Part shown: piece after piece, positions 19,378 through 29,411 of the stretch
Layout of the letters: every line of letters starts with the position of its first letter
Numbering within the stretch: position 1 is the stretch's first letter
Origin: an uncultured virus (IMG/VR IMGVR_UViG_3300042865_001090)
Lineage: Duplodnaviria > Heunggongvirae > Uroviricota > Caudoviricetes
DNA: 64,000 bases
IMG/VR virus record: IMGVR_UViG_3300042865_001090
Strand: one strand, 5' to 3'
Made by a program: the position numbers and the translations under genes
The notes under the pieces: model-generated
Told to the model about the DNA's origin: nothing
What the model saw: the letters and a program-made list of their open reading frames with translations, nothing else
The model's database searches: none

Positions 19378-20490
19378 ATGGGCGCGTCCAAGTTTTCAGT
19401 CGGTTTTGTCTCCCAGGACTGGTCTCGTGTCAATGAGGTCAATATCCCAAACGGGTGCACGTGGTACCGCTGTGCAGTACCGGCATCAATCCTCAATTCC
19501 GCTGGTTACTCTGCGCATGTCGGAATGGCTTCTTCTACCGAACAGGGCCGTCTTGCCATATATCTAACCCCACCGTTTTACAAGCAACAGGGAATGATTT
19601 CTGGACATGACATCATCGTTTTAAAAGTTGTCATGAACCGTAAAACAAAAGAAATTGTCGAAGCAGAAATGCGGGCTGGTAAAAAAATAGTTGTTGACAT
19701 TGATGACTGGTTTGACGACCTTCCTGATACAAATAGGGCAAAACAGACGACTGACCCCGAAAAAAACCCCGACAATAACCGAGATATTTATTTTGAAATA
19801 ATCGACATGGCTCATGCCATTATTTGCTCAACCCAATTTCTATATGACCAGTATTCAGCGCGGTACCCATCAAAGCCCGTCTTTATGGTCAGGAATTCAA
19901 TCGATATTGCTCGCTGGCCGCAGCGGAAAATGCAGCCCAAACTCCCAGTCATCGGGTGGTGCGGTGCCACACCGTGGAGAGCAAATGACCTTGAGCAATT
20001 GGCGCCATTCATGAATGACTACCTAAAGTCGCGGCATCTCACATTCCATCATGCAGGGCACATCCAGAACGCGCACAGCGTAGCAGAATTGATGCAGGTT
20101 GACCCAAGTATTGTGTGTCTTGAGCCAATGCAACCAATAACCAATCTTCCACAAATGTTGCAAAAGATAGACATCGGAATCGTCCCACTGAATGACCTAC
20201 CATTCAATCACGCCAAGTCGTATCTAAAGGGTCTTGAATACGCTGCAGCGGGTATCCCTTTTGTTGCTTCTGACCTACCGGAATACAGGTTGCTTGCAAA
20301 AAACGGAGTGGGACGAATCGCAACTACAGCAGAAGAATGGATTAAACATCTTGATGAACTTCAGGAATACAAATTGCGCTTTGAAGAAGCACAAAATAAC
20401 TACGGCATTGTTAAAGATAAATACTCAATGACTTCAATGAGCAATAAATGGCTTTCTGTATTTCGTGAAATTATGGACATGAAGGTTTAG
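19378..20490 (+). CDS. GT-B fold glycosyltransferase
   Basis: DIDD, IGWCG, DIGIVPL...FNHAKSYLKGLEYAAAGIPFVAS. Confidence 0.85.
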   Translation: MGASKFSVGFVSQDWSRVNEVNIPNGCTWYRCAVPASILNSAGYSAHVGMASSTEQGRLAIYLTPPFYKQQGMISGHDIIVLKVVMNRKTKEIVEAEMRAGKKIVVDIDDWFDDLPDTNRAKQTTDPEKNPDNNRDIYFEIIDMAHAIICSTQFLYDQYSARYPSKPVFMVRNSIDIARWPQRKMQPKLPVIGWCGATPWRANDLEQLAPFMNDYLKSRHLTFHHAGHIQNAHSVAELMQVDPSIVCLEPMQPITNLPQMLQKIDIGIVPLNDLPFNHAKSYLKGLEYAAAGIPFVASDLPEYRLLAKNGVGRIATTAEEWIKHLDELQEYKLRFEEAQNNYGIVKDKYSMTSMSNKWLSVFREIMDMKV

Positions 20491-20653
20491 GGGCCAAAAA
20501 CCGTGGCACTGCGCTACGACGCTTATTTCAAAAAACTTCTCACCCTTTGGGGTGATGGCTGGCATTCGGTTTAAAACATTACATCTAAGAAAAAAACAAT
20601 GCCACACTCTGCAGAAACAAACGCAGACAGGCAAGCCCCCAGAATTGATAAAT

Positions 20654-21262
20654 TCAGCCGACTACTGGGGCCTCTTCTTGACCAAATTCAATAACATAAT
20701 CCTCCAATTTTTTAAGCCTCTCGTCTAGTTCTCCGGTTAATGGCTTATTTGTCCATCCGGAGATAATTGAATAACGTGTTGAGCCAGAAACAGGACTCAC
20801 GCCATGTGAATGCTCGTTTTCCGTTTTAGCCACATAAATTGAGCCGGTTTTGGGCGTTACAATTTTTCCAAAATCTGGATACAAGGCCTCACCACCATCA
20901 AAATCGTCATTCAAAAAAACTACGCTTTCTGCAACTCGGCCAATTTCTGTTGCGAAATATTTAAACATAGGCTGTTGAGCTCCTGGTTCAATACGCAGAA
21001 TCGCCATGAATTCTACATTTACATCATGGCCAATAAATTTAGAAACATAATCCTGCATTTTACGAAAAATCTGCAAACATAGTCTATGTGATTGAACGGA
21101 AGAACAGCGGCGATGTTGAAGCGTGGTAAAAAAATCTATAATTCTTTCATCAAGAAATGAACCAGGATAATTGTCCCAATCATTTTGGCATTCGGCCATC
21201 AAAATTAATAGGTCGCACTCATCAGGGCTCAGAAAATCTTCTTTTTGTGCAATTGTTTTCAT
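20654..21262 (-). CDS. 2OG-Fe(II) oxygenase-like protein, HxD motif missing
   Basis: FLNDDFDGGE, HGVSPVSGSTRY; QQPMFK where paralogs have HxD. Confidence 0.65.
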   Translation of the reverse strand: MKTIAQKEDFLSPDECDLLILMAECQNDWDNYPGSFLDERIIDFFTTLQHRRCSSVQSHRLCLQIFRKMQDYVSKFIGHDVNVEFMAILRIEPGAQQPMFKYFATEIGRVAESVVFLNDDFDGGEALYPDFGKIVTPKTGSIYVAKTENEHSHGVSPVSGSTRYSIISGWTNKPLTGELDERLKKLEDYVIEFGQEEAPVVG

Positions 21263-21269
21263 TTTATTG

Positions 21270-21917
21270 TTAACCCCGATTAATTATTTGACCCTTTAGG
21301 AGACTTCTCCTAAAGCTGCTGTATTCATTATTGTAATCAAACATGGTTACCGCAGCATACTTGGTTCCCGTAATCACTGGCAGGCTTGCGTGGGAATAAA
21401 TAAATGTTGACGGGAAAACAATAACATCCCCAGCGGTTGGCTTGAGTTTGAGGTTCAACTTATCGAAAGATAATTCTCCACCTTCGTAATTATCGTTGTA
21501 ATAAGCGATTGTTGAGATGGTGCACACATAATGATGCGCATGGTCTGAGTGGTAAGAAAAATGAGTTCCCTGTTTGTATTTTACAAAATTTACTGCTTCC
21601 ATATAATTCATACTTATGCCGTATGACCGAGAATAATCTTCAACGCAACCTCTAACTTGACTAATTGTTTCTTCATAAACTGAGACAATTTTGTCCTGCA
21701 CATATGGGATTTCATTTGTTCCCATTTTAAAATCTTGACAATTTCTGTAACTTTCGTCTGGTACCTGCTCGTATCCAACAAGCGCAAGCGACCATTTATT
21801 GCACGACTGCTCATCGGTAAGGCACTGATTTAGTAGTTCTGATGAGTCTGGGCCGAGTGTGGATTTATAAATTCTTATCCCCAGTTCTGGTGGTCCTAGG
21901 TTAACAAAGTCCATCAC
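21270..21917 (-). CDS. 2OG-Fe(II) oxygenase (prolyl 4-hydroxylase-like)
   Basis: YHSD, YYNDNYEGGEL, YSHASLPVITGTKY. Confidence 0.85.
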   Translation of the reverse strand: MMDFVNLGPPELGIRIYKSTLGPDSSELLNQCLTDEQSCNKWSLALVGYEQVPDESYRNCQDFKMGTNEIPYVQDKIVSVYEETISQVRGCVEDYSRSYGISMNYMEAVNFVKYKQGTHFSYHSDHAHHYVCTISTIAYYNDNYEGGELSFDKLNLKLKPTAGDVIVFPSTFIYSHASLPVITGTKYAAVTMFDYNNEYSSFRRSLLKGQIINRG

Positions 21918-22735
21918 ATATTCCAGTTCGGGATTAAATTTCCAGTTTCTTCAACTGCGCCCATCATCCATTTTGATTCTTTGAATTCGCGAGCAAGCCT
22001 GTCCTTCTCCATTTCGCCCCAAATATCTTTGCCGTATTTGGTTTCGTTTGCTTTCCAACTATCGCTACCGTCATACTCGTATCCCCAGAACATGCGTATG
22101 AATAACTTACGGCTAGAGAGTGTTTTGCATACACCGTGGTAATACGGGTGATGTGCCGGGAGAATCAGCATATCGCCTGCCCGAGGTTTGTATTTAAAAT
22201 GGACAAATGGGTCATTTTCAGAAATGTTATTTTCATCTGCGAATACCTTAAAAGCTATTTCTCCACCCTGGTAATCATCATTTACATAAAGTAGGCAGGT
22301 TATCCAAAATTTATAACCTGGGTTGTGTGTTTCGGCCATTTTGAAATCCGTGTGATACTGCATAGCAAGCGTTCCGTCTATTGGTTTTGCAGAATGAGTC
22401 AGCAAGAATGGGCCATAGTGCGACCAATTGGGAATTTCAATTCCATATTTGGATACATACTGATTAGTAGTTTCATAAAAAATTGATGCAGTTTCCATTG
22501 CTACTGGGTTATTTGATATTATTGAATAATTTGATTCCCATTCGTGTTTTGTTGGAAATGATGTAGAAAAGAAATTTGGATATCCGATAAAGTGGGTTTC
22601 TTTGCCGAGATTGTACCAATCGGTCCAGGGGTGAACATGCGGGGAACCGTCCGCTAATAGCGATTCAAAATTTTTCGAGTCCCCAATTGTGTCACGGAAG
22701 ACAACTATTTTTGGATAAAGCTCTTCTTGATTCAC
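21914..22735 (-). CDS. 2OG-Fe(II) oxygenase (prolyl 4-hydroxylase-like)
   Basis: MQYHTD, YVNDDYQGGEI, PYYHGV...RK. Confidence 0.85.
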   Translation of the reverse strand: MNQEELYPKIVVFRDTIGDSKNFESLLADGSPHVHPWTDWYNLGKETHFIGYPNFFSTSFPTKHEWESNYSIISNNPVAMETASIFYETTNQYVSKYGIEIPNWSHYGPFLLTHSAKPIDGTLAMQYHTDFKMAETHNPGYKFWITCLLYVNDDYQGGEIAFKVFADENNISENDPFVHFKYKPRAGDMLILPAHHPYYHGVCKTLSSRKLFIRMFWGYEYDGSDSWKANETKYGKDIWGEMEKDRLAREFKESKWMMGAVEETGNLIPNWNM

Positions 22736-23364
22736 AAAACACTCCGAATTCCTGTCACTGTCCAGAACGTGGACACTGTGTATCTTATCCCATCGGTAAC
22801 CGTATTGACTCCATGGATAAAGTTTATGTCGCCGGGGAAAATTATCAGCATGTTTCTGACTGGTTTTGCTGTGAATGATTGAATCGGGAAAAATATTTCT
22901 CCTCCTTTGAAATCATTATTGAGATAAAATACTGACGATAGGTCGTATGTTGGACAACAGTTTTTGCTTCCATCAAGTTCCTGTTTATCGGCATGTGGTG
23001 CTTGCTCATCACCAACTTGCCATCTATTTAGCTGAGCTCCAGTTGAGTCGGCCAAAATGTCAAACGTAGTTTGAAGTATGTTTTTCGTTTTGATATATAG
23101 ATTTTCGTAAATGTTCTTCGCTATAGGCTCAGTAAAATCTCTATGTACCCTGTCGGACCATTGATGATGGCCGTATACGGCAGACCAATCGTCATTACAC
23201 TTTGCATAGCGAAGCAATTCTGCGAGCTCATCGGTCGGTAGTAAATTTTCAAAAATGTGTATATTGTCCACAGAATCACCCCAATACCCAGAGGGGGTTA
23301 GCTCAATTCTGGTGCTGTAATTCATAATTAACTGATGGGTTTTTTGTTTCGCTGCCATAAACAA
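22732..23364 (-). CDS. 2OG-Fe(II) oxygenase (prolyl 4-hydroxylase-like); start may be 23325
   Basis: QAPHAD, YLNNDFKGGEI, FIHGVNTVTDGIRY. Confidence 0.85.
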   Translation of the reverse strand: MFMAAKQKTHQLIMNYSTRIELTPSGYWGDSVDNIHIFENLLPTDELAELLRYAKCNDDWSAVYGHHQWSDRVHRDFTEPIAKNIYENLYIKTKNILQTTFDILADSTGAQLNRWQVGDEQAPHADKQELDGSKNCCPTYDLSSVFYLNNDFKGGEIFFPIQSFTAKPVRNMLIIFPGDINFIHGVNTVTDGIRYTVSTFWTVTGIRSVL

Positions 23365-23818
23365 AACATGTCAACATATACCTAGTTCCACTAGAAACAG
23401 TGCTGACCAGGTGTGGCTCATCACCGGCATGAACAACCAATTGTGATGCAGATGGTCGCCAAACAGTGTTAAGACGCGGGTACACGAGGTCCCCACCCTC
23501 AAAGTTATCATTCAGATATACAACGCATCCGAATCTGCATGTCTTCTGATAGTTGTCAGTGTGTTCTCCCATTCCACCACCCTGGGAGATTCTTTGTATT
23601 CCACAAAATGGGCTTATAAAATCATAATCATCAAAATATAATTTAATTCGCTCATTTAACAAATCAAATATTGGTGATTGAAATGGGAATCTATTGCCAA
23701 CCCAATATTCCCCACCACCATTTTGTATTGACCAATCACTGCTACTCGCAGAATATGCGGTGCAGAGCAACTCAAGTCTTTCGTCTTCAGTTAGAAAAGA
23801 GTCGATGTGTAAAAGCAT
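23303..23818 (-). CDS. 2OG-Fe(II) oxygenase (prolyl 4-hydroxylase-like)
   Basis: MGEHTD, YLNDNFEGGDL, EPHLVSTVSSGTRY. Confidence 0.85.
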   Translation of the reverse strand: MLLHIDSFLTEDERLELLCTAYSASSSDWSIQNGGGEYWVGNRFPFQSPIFDLLNERIKLYFDDYDFISPFCGIQRISQGGGMGEHTDNYQKTCRFGCVVYLNDNFEGGDLVYPRLNTVWRPSASQLVVHAGDEPHLVSTVSSGTRYMLTCFVYGSETKNPSVNYELQHQN

Positions 23819-23839
23819 GTATGGAACCGCATTCCACTA

Positions 23840-24085
23840 TCACCACTTGTTTAGTGGGCAAACTGCAGTATTGAGTTTTGTCTTTAATGACATGAAGCAG
23901 CCACACTCTTTGCATTGTTTTGTCAACTTAATTAATTTTGGGCACGCTTCGCAAATCTGCATTCTAGTACTGGCAATTTCGTCTGTTGTGTAATTTGACT
24001 TATCCAACAAGTCGGTTGGCAATACCTTTGCCCCATTTTGTAATTGCATTTGTCTTCTTTTTTTGAATTCCTCGTAGGCGGTCAT
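23840..24085 (-). CDS. small Cys-rich metal-binding protein
   Basis: RMQICEACP...QCKECGCFM.LKT...CPLNKW. Confidence 0.7.
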   Translation of the reverse strand: MTAYEEFKKRRQMQLQNGAKVLPTDLLDKSNYTTDEIASTRMQICEACPKLIKLTKQCKECGCFMSLKTKLNTAVCPLNKW

Positions 24086-24552
24086 TATGTCACTGCTCCT
24101 GGTTCGTTGAATTTTTTAACATATTTATTCGCAAAATTAGCGCTTGCCAGTGTCACAGTAGTGTCTGACCATGATTTTTTGTAGTCAAAGTCTTCTGTTT
24201 CTTCGTTTTCAAGAATGTAGTCAGCAACTTTTGTTCCTATTCCTTGTCGTTGGTGGTCTGGGTGAACATCAAAAATAAAGGGTTTATATATATTTTGTTC
24301 TTCGTTATAGTATCTAGCTACTACACAAAGAAGTTGTCCATCTTCTCCTCGATACAGGAAGGTTTCTACATTTATTTCATTATTGTGACCGAAAATATTG
24401 GGGAATCTTGCTGGAAGTATTTGTTTAGAGAAGCCTGGGGTGCCAAATTCCCCAAATTTTGCTTCAAAGAAAGACCATGTAGTGAAAAAACTTTCCTCTG
24501 TTCTTTCTATAGTTGGCAGCAAATCTTGCCATGATGCATTTTTTTTAATCAT
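24085..24552 (-). CDS. GNAT-family acetyltransferase
   Basis: Acetyl-CoA motif A: VHPDHQRQGIGTKV. Confidence 0.75.
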   Translation of the reverse strand: MIKKNASWQDLLPTIERTEESFFTTWSFFEAKFGEFGTPGFSKQILPARFPNIFGHNNEINVETFLYRGEDGQLLCVVARYYNEEQNIYKPFIFDVHPDHQRQGIGTKVADYILENEETEDFDYKKSWSDTTVTLASANFANKYVKKFNEPGAVT

Positions 24553-24609
24553 AAGTCAATCATTCGCTCCCATCTTTTTTGTGTCGTATATTTTTATTCA
24601 CCGACCACA

Positions 24610-25311
24610 TTATAGGCATCCTTCCTCGCCATTTCCCTTGATGTCAATGCATCCTGAACCGCTGCCACCGCCACAGGAGGCACAGTTGCCGGTCGGTGGA
24701 AAACTGGGCGTTGGAAAACTGGGCGTTGGAAAACTGGGGGTTGGAAAACTGGGGGTTGGTGCCACATAGCCACAGCAACCATTTCTAAGCGCTCCGTAAT
24801 ACCCACCCTCATAACCCGGACAACCTTGACACCAGTATTCATATGAAGTCTCGCCGGAGCAAGTATATCCGCAGCCATCGCCGTCAACACACCCGGCGTT
24901 ACCGCCGCAACTCCTCGAGCAGTTGCTGGATGGCGGGTCTCCGGTTGGATACCCAGGGGGTGGACAGCTTGCTGGCGGGAAGGAAGGCGCTGGCGGGAAA
25001 GAAGGAGCTGGCGCCGCCGGTGTGGCCGAGTTGGATGCAGTTGATACAGCGCTCACCCCGTATCCAGTAACCGTGGTGACCGTAAATGTGTAAGCAGTTC
25101 CATTGCTTAAACCAGTCACCGTTATGGGCGAACTAGAACCACTTCCCGTAAAACCTCCGGGGGATGAAGTTGCCACATAGGTTGCAACACCTTTACCGTC
25201 GTATGCTGGAAGAGTAAAAGAAACAGTTGCTTGACCGTTGCCCGCACTAGCCGAAACAGATGTCGGCGCATCAGAGAACTTTCCCTGACTAGAAGTATTT
25301 CCCGGTATCAT
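24610..25311 (-). CDS. fibronectin type III domain protein with Pro-rich repeats and a Cys/Gly-rich tail (probable virion decoration)
   Basis: APTSVSASAGNGQATVSFT...ITVTGLSNGTAYTFTV FN3 signature; PPAPSF and PTPSF repeats; many Cys. Confidence 0.75.
   Translation of the reverse strand: MIPGNTSSQGKFSDAPTSVSASAGNGQATVSFTLPAYDGKGVATYVATSSPGGFTGSGSSSPITVTGLSNGTAYTFTVTTVTGYGVSAVSTASNSATPAAPAPSFPPAPSFPPASCPPPGYPTGDPPSSNCSRSCGGNAGCVDGDGCGYTCSGETSYEYWCQGCPGYEGGYYGALRNGCCGYVAPTPSFPTPSFPTPSFPTPSFPPTGNCASCGGGSGSGCIDIKGNGEEGCL
24697..24759. repeat. 15-nt tandem repeat x4 encoding (PTPSF)4
   Basis: tggaaaactggg(c/g)gt repeated four times. Confidence 0.95.
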
Positions 25312-26369
25312 GAAGCACTCAAGTCACCCATCAACATCCAGGTGTTCGCCGCGGCGCACTTCAGCAAAGTTGCCGATGAATATTGTGCACGTAAGTAGGC
25401 GCCAGGAGTTGAATAAAGTATTACTGACCCCGAGGCACCAACAATTTGCGTCTTGCCTGTTCCGTATTGAATAATATGAATCTGTGCGCCTTCAGGGAAG
25501 GTAACTGTTGAGTCAAGAGGAACGGTAACAGTATTTGCGGTGCTTGTTATGTTCATTTTAATGAACTTGTTCTTGTCTGTGAGTTGAAGTGTGTAGTTTC
25601 CTGTTTTGATGTCAATAGTCGCATCAGCCAATTTACCTAAGCCAATTGCAGCGGTTGTGCTGATGTCTGCATCGACAATGGTTTGATTAGCAATCATTGT
25701 TGATGTAACAGTTCCGCTATCTCCAGCAGTAATTGCTGTTCCAGAAATCTTGGTCTTGTCAATCGCTGCAGATGCATTTATATCTGCGTCGACTATTTTA
25801 CCTGGCCCAATCTCAACGACGCCAGAAGAGTCGATTGTCACATCTCCAGAAATTGTTGTATAGGTAGGGGTTCCAGAACTGTTGGCTATTACAACCTGTG
25901 CTGCGGTTCCGGAAGCAATCTTACTTAATGCTATCGCTGCATTGTTTGCAACGTCAGCATTGGTAATCGTTGAATCAAGAATTGCCACAGAAGTAATTCC
26001 AGTTAAAACCCAGTTGTTTGTTTCGCGCTTAACCAACTGTGCTTTTTGCCATGCAGAAGTCAAAGAGGTTATTCCTCCAGTTGCTTCGATTGTCACTCCA
26101 GTGTCACCAAAAATCTGCACCGTTGCAGAAGAACTGCTAATTATCTCAAGCACATCGCCAAGACTGAAGGCAACGGATGAGTTGGTCGGTATCGTTACGG
26201 TCGTTCCACCAGCATTTTGGAACTCAAGAAGCTGACCACGGTCTTCAAGAACGGCCGTGTATGTCGCCGCGGTAACTATTTTTCTCGTATAGTTAAAATC
26301 GCTTGCCTGCAGCGCATTCATTGCGCCGGCCGTCAACGTCTGTCCAGCTGTAAATTGTTGAATAGCCAT
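25308..26369 (-). CDS. tail-fibre/adaptor structural protein with duplicated terminal domain
   Basis: FTAGQTLTA start; YT..L.D...T(I/V)P..S.V.F..G...W.L.G domain at both ends; IVDADI shaft repeats. Confidence 0.65.
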   Translation of the reverse strand: MAIQQFTAGQTLTAGAMNALQASDFNYTRKIVTAATYTAVLEDRGQLLEFQNAGGTTVTIPTNSSVAFSLGDVLEIISSSSATVQIFGDTGVTIEATGGITSLTSAWQKAQLVKRETNNWVLTGITSVAILDSTITNADVANNAAIALSKIASGTAAQVVIANSSGTPTYTTISGDVTIDSSGVVEIGPGKIVDADINASAAIDKTKISGTAITAGDSGTVTSTMIANQTIVDADISTTAAIGLGKLADATIDIKTGNYTLQLTDKNKFIKMNITSTANTVTVPLDSTVTFPEGAQIHIIQYGTGKTQIVGASGSVILYSTPGAYLRAQYSSATLLKCAAANTWMLMGDLSAS

Positions 26370-26423
26370 AAATCACCTGCCAAATATCGTTGATTTAATA
26401 TTGTACTTCATATAACGCCTTTA

Positions 26424-26672
26424 CTAATTTTCCAAATCTTCGTCTTCTGAGCGGTTAAAGTCTCCGGCCATCATCATTTGTTGTGCATACCTTAGCATTC
26501 CATCTGCAGCCCACGGAGAAAGACCCTCTGAAACAGAAACTGAAAGCTCGCTTGTCTCTTCGTCTGCGACCTCGGCAACGATAATAAAATTAGTGACAAG
26601 TCTTGACGGCATAATATTTTTCATAATCGAATTAAACAAGTTTTGCAGTGTCTGGTCTTCATCTTCCTGCAT
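26424..26672 (-). CDS. hypothetical acidic protein
   Basis: Fills the gap in the operon; GGAG upstream. Confidence 0.55.
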   Translation of the reverse strand: MQEDEDQTLQNLFNSIMKNIMPSRLVTNFIIVAEVADEETSELSVSVSEGLSPWAADGMLRYAQQMMMAGDFNRSEDEDLEN

Positions 26673-26674
26673 GT

Positions 26675-27919
26675 CTACTCCACGTACTCATGGGTTATTT
26701 TCGTGCCAAGTGGTCTTGCGGGTTCGATAGATTCAAGAATTATTACCGAAGATTGCCCAATCACCTCAGGACCGATGGCCCCAATGGTCTCGGACCATTT
26801 TGTTTGTATATTTATTTCATAAGGCGCAGTGTCGTAGTCATATGTGACATATACCGTCTTGGTGTTGATTAACTGAAGTTTGGCCGCTTCAGTTAATGCA
26901 TTTAGAGTTCCCGCATTCTTTCCGTAGTATCCAGTTTCGAGCTGCCATCTGAGCAACGTCTCTTGAGCATCGATGTCGAGAAGTGGCGGATTAAGCTCGG
27001 TAAAACTGGTTAAACGTAATTGGTCTTCTGAATTCAAGTCGCTACTCCCCAGAATAAATGCATCGGAAACTATCTCTGGAGAAAAATCAAATCTGGTTAT
27101 CGGCTGTGTTCCGCTAAATTTGCATAGCCAAATCAATGTTTCGAGTTCCGCGACCGAAGAATCCACAAGGGTGCTTTTTGTCAGCGAGTCAGAAAAAGAA
27201 AATCCCTCTTCTGTATCGACATACGCAAATTCACGTGTTAACTCCAATGATTCCCCAAGACCCAAGGTTGCTATGTCTATTAGTCGCAACATTGCCCTGT
27301 CTGGAGTTGTTTCTGCATCCAAATCTGCTTGAAACATAACGTCCGGCAAGAAAGAAGCAACTAAAGCTACTGACTCGTTCGCCGAAGAAAATTCGTAGGC
27401 GGGGTAAACCGCTGGGGTTGTAAAATAAAATGTTTCGTCAGGGTTGTTCGGCTCAAATATTATATCAATATTTATTGCGGGGAGTTGTTGGTTGCTTTCA
27501 AGTTGGAACATGTTGCTTCTAAAGATGTTCCATTGTGGTGAGAGTATTCCTGGAGCATTAATTACCGCATCCGATTGACTCAAATTCAATGCTGTTGTTG
27601 TTGTTGTTCCACTAACTAGGTCAACGTCGGAAATACTGCAAGTAACCAGTCCCCCAGATGGCATTTTTACAGCAAACAAAAAAACAATATCCTGATTAAA
27701 ATCTCCCACTTCGAGTTGAATGTCTTCGTGGAAGAGTGTTCCAGATTGATTGCCGGCTGAAACTTTTAGCGATATTTGTTTGAATTCGGAAAAGCCATCA
27801 AACAATTCAGACGAACCGCCTTGCCCAATTTCGAGATTTGAAACACTCCAAAAATCTTCATCATAAATATTTTGGAGTTTTGCCAGGGAATTGGTAAGTC
27901 GGTTACGAACTCCAACCAT
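26675..27919 (-). CDS. baseplate wedge / tail protein (P2 gpI-like position)
   Basis: FLPD..FQAD, L.WL..F.G, AGT..AL..AAK, ARPLGTKITH; follows baseplate J. Confidence 0.6.
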   Translation of the reverse strand: MVGVRNRLTNSLAKLQNIYDEDFWSVSNLEIGQGGSSELFDGFSEFKQISLKVSAGNQSGTLFHEDIQLEVGDFNQDIVFLFAVKMPSGGLVTCSISDVDLVSGTTTTTALNLSQSDAVINAPGILSPQWNIFRSNMFQLESNQQLPAINIDIIFEPNNPDETFYFTTPAVYPAYEFSSANESVALVASFLPDVMFQADLDAETTPDRAMLRLIDIATLGLGESLELTREFAYVDTEEGFSFSDSLTKSTLVDSSVAELETLIWLCKFSGTQPITRFDFSPEIVSDAFILGSSDLNSEDQLRLTSFTELNPPLLDIDAQETLLRWQLETGYYGKNAGTLNALTEAAKLQLINTKTVYVTYDYDTAPYEINIQTKWSETIGAIGPEVIGQSSVIILESIEPARPLGTKITHEYVE

Positions 27920-29410
27920 TTAGAGCACTACCACTTCTACCGTGGCTCGAGGGAGTACGCCGTAATACCCAATCTCATAGCCAATTATGCTTCCAGCAAG
28001 ATTAACTTCTGTTCCCAGAAGCTCATTTCCTGGATACTCCGCCGCAGGATAAGTTGGAACACTGGTTCCAACACTGTAAACATAATCAACGCCGGCAACT
28101 TTGCTAGCAGCCACAACAATGTCAAATATTCTTACTGTGGTATTCCAGTTTGGCCATTCTGCGAGAGAAAGCAATGTTTCTATTTCTGACGCTACGGCAG
28201 TTGCAACGGAGTTGGCTCCAAACTCTGGATTGATAGAAATTGTCGCTGTCACCGCTATGTCAAACGGGTAGGCGTCGAGGAGCGAAAATTCTAGACCCGC
28301 AGGTATGCGCTCGGCTACCGCTTCAACAATCTCTGCTTTTAGGGTGGATGTTAATGGTGAGCCCCCAGAGTCGCACGCATATATCACGAAGTATCCCGGG
28401 GAGTCACCTTCGAAGGCATGTTCGATTGAGTTCATTGAAACAACCGATATTGGTCCAGCGACGCCGCTTGCCGCAGTATTTATATTCGTGAACTCAACAC
28501 TTGAGCTACCAGAAGATGCACCCTGATAAACACCTGTTTTAATTATTGATTGATACGTGGTGTCCCCGTAGTAGTCGGGCGCCAACACCATAAAAAGGTC
28601 GGTATTAAAGTCATTGCACAGGTCAATGAAATCAGCACTGGTTGAAACGGTGGCCACATCAGATTCGCTGTTGAAACCATTTAAAAATCCCGCGGAAGCA
28701 GAGAAATTAACGGCTTTCGAGACGTCATAGACCTTGCATCTATACACATCAACAAAGTTGGTAAGAATGTATTTTTCTACTTGGGAACCAGTTGCAAGCA
28801 CTGAGCTAAGGCTTTCCAAGTGAGACGTTCCCCTACTGAAATACTCAGTTGTTGTCTCGGCTAGCGAGCCCTGCGAAACATTGCCACTGGTGTGAACATC
28901 CAGGATTGCTGCACTTGGTTGAGCCAGGACAAGCTGTGTCCCAGAAGCAATTGTCGGCAGGACTCCAGCAGTCAGCGACGTTGCGTTGACGGTCACCGTT
29001 GTAGAGGCTGAATTAGCAACTACGGTGCTATCGGTTGAAAATGGATACTGAATAACATCGTCACCACTAACTATTTCATATACCGCCAACGTTTCGGCTG
29101 GAACAATACCACCAGCTTCAGACAAGGTAAATTCCAGCCCGACAGAGCCAAAAGTTGCTTCTTTGCGCAAAATGTCCAGGTACCTAAGAACGCCCTCCAT
29201 AATTCCATCAGGCAGACGATTTATGTTTCCAAGATTCAACGAACCTATATAGGCACCCGCCTGAAGTATGGCATCTTCGATTGTCCCTGGTCTTGGCGAA
29301 AATTCAGGCATTGCAAGGCGCGCATAATCAACAGCCTCGTCATATATGTCACCGGGCTGTTTGTCGTTAATCGTGAGGTCGATGTAGTCTGAAAAATCTG
29401 GTGATGGCAT
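27920..29410 (-). CDS. baseplate J-like protein
   Basis: PEFSPRPGTIEDAIL, G...ET..EY..R, V.GVDYV; size and position. Confidence 0.8.
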   Translation of the reverse strand: MPSPDFSDYIDLTINDKQPGDIYDEAVDYARLAMPEFSPRPGTIEDAILQAGAYIGSLNLGNINRLPDGIMEGVLRYLDILRKEATFGSVGLEFTLSEAGGIVPAETLAVYEIVSGDDVIQYPFSTDSTVVANSASTTVTVNATSLTAGVLPTIASGTQLVLAQPSAAILDVHTSGNVSQGSLAETTTEYFSRGTSHLESLSSVLATGSQVEKYILTNFVDVYRCKVYDVSKAVNFSASAGFLNGFNSESDVATVSTSADFIDLCNDFNTDLFMVLAPDYYGDTTYQSIIKTGVYQGASSGSSSVEFTNINTAASGVAGPISVVSMNSIEHAFEGDSPGYFVIYACDSGGSPLTSTLKAEIVEAVAERIPAGLEFSLLDAYPFDIAVTATISINPEFGANSVATAVASEIETLLSLAEWPNWNTTVRIFDIVVAASKVAGVDYVYSVGTSVPTYPAAEYPGNELLGTEVNLAGSIIGYEIGYYGVLPRATVEVVVL

Positions 29411-29411
29411 A

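Noticed and set aside
20491..20653. Possible ncRNA in the convergent intergenic gap (TCACCC-TTTG-GGGTGA, TGGCATT/AATGCCA)
   Set aside because: Short stems only, with no clear promoter or family resemblance; may be just a terminator region
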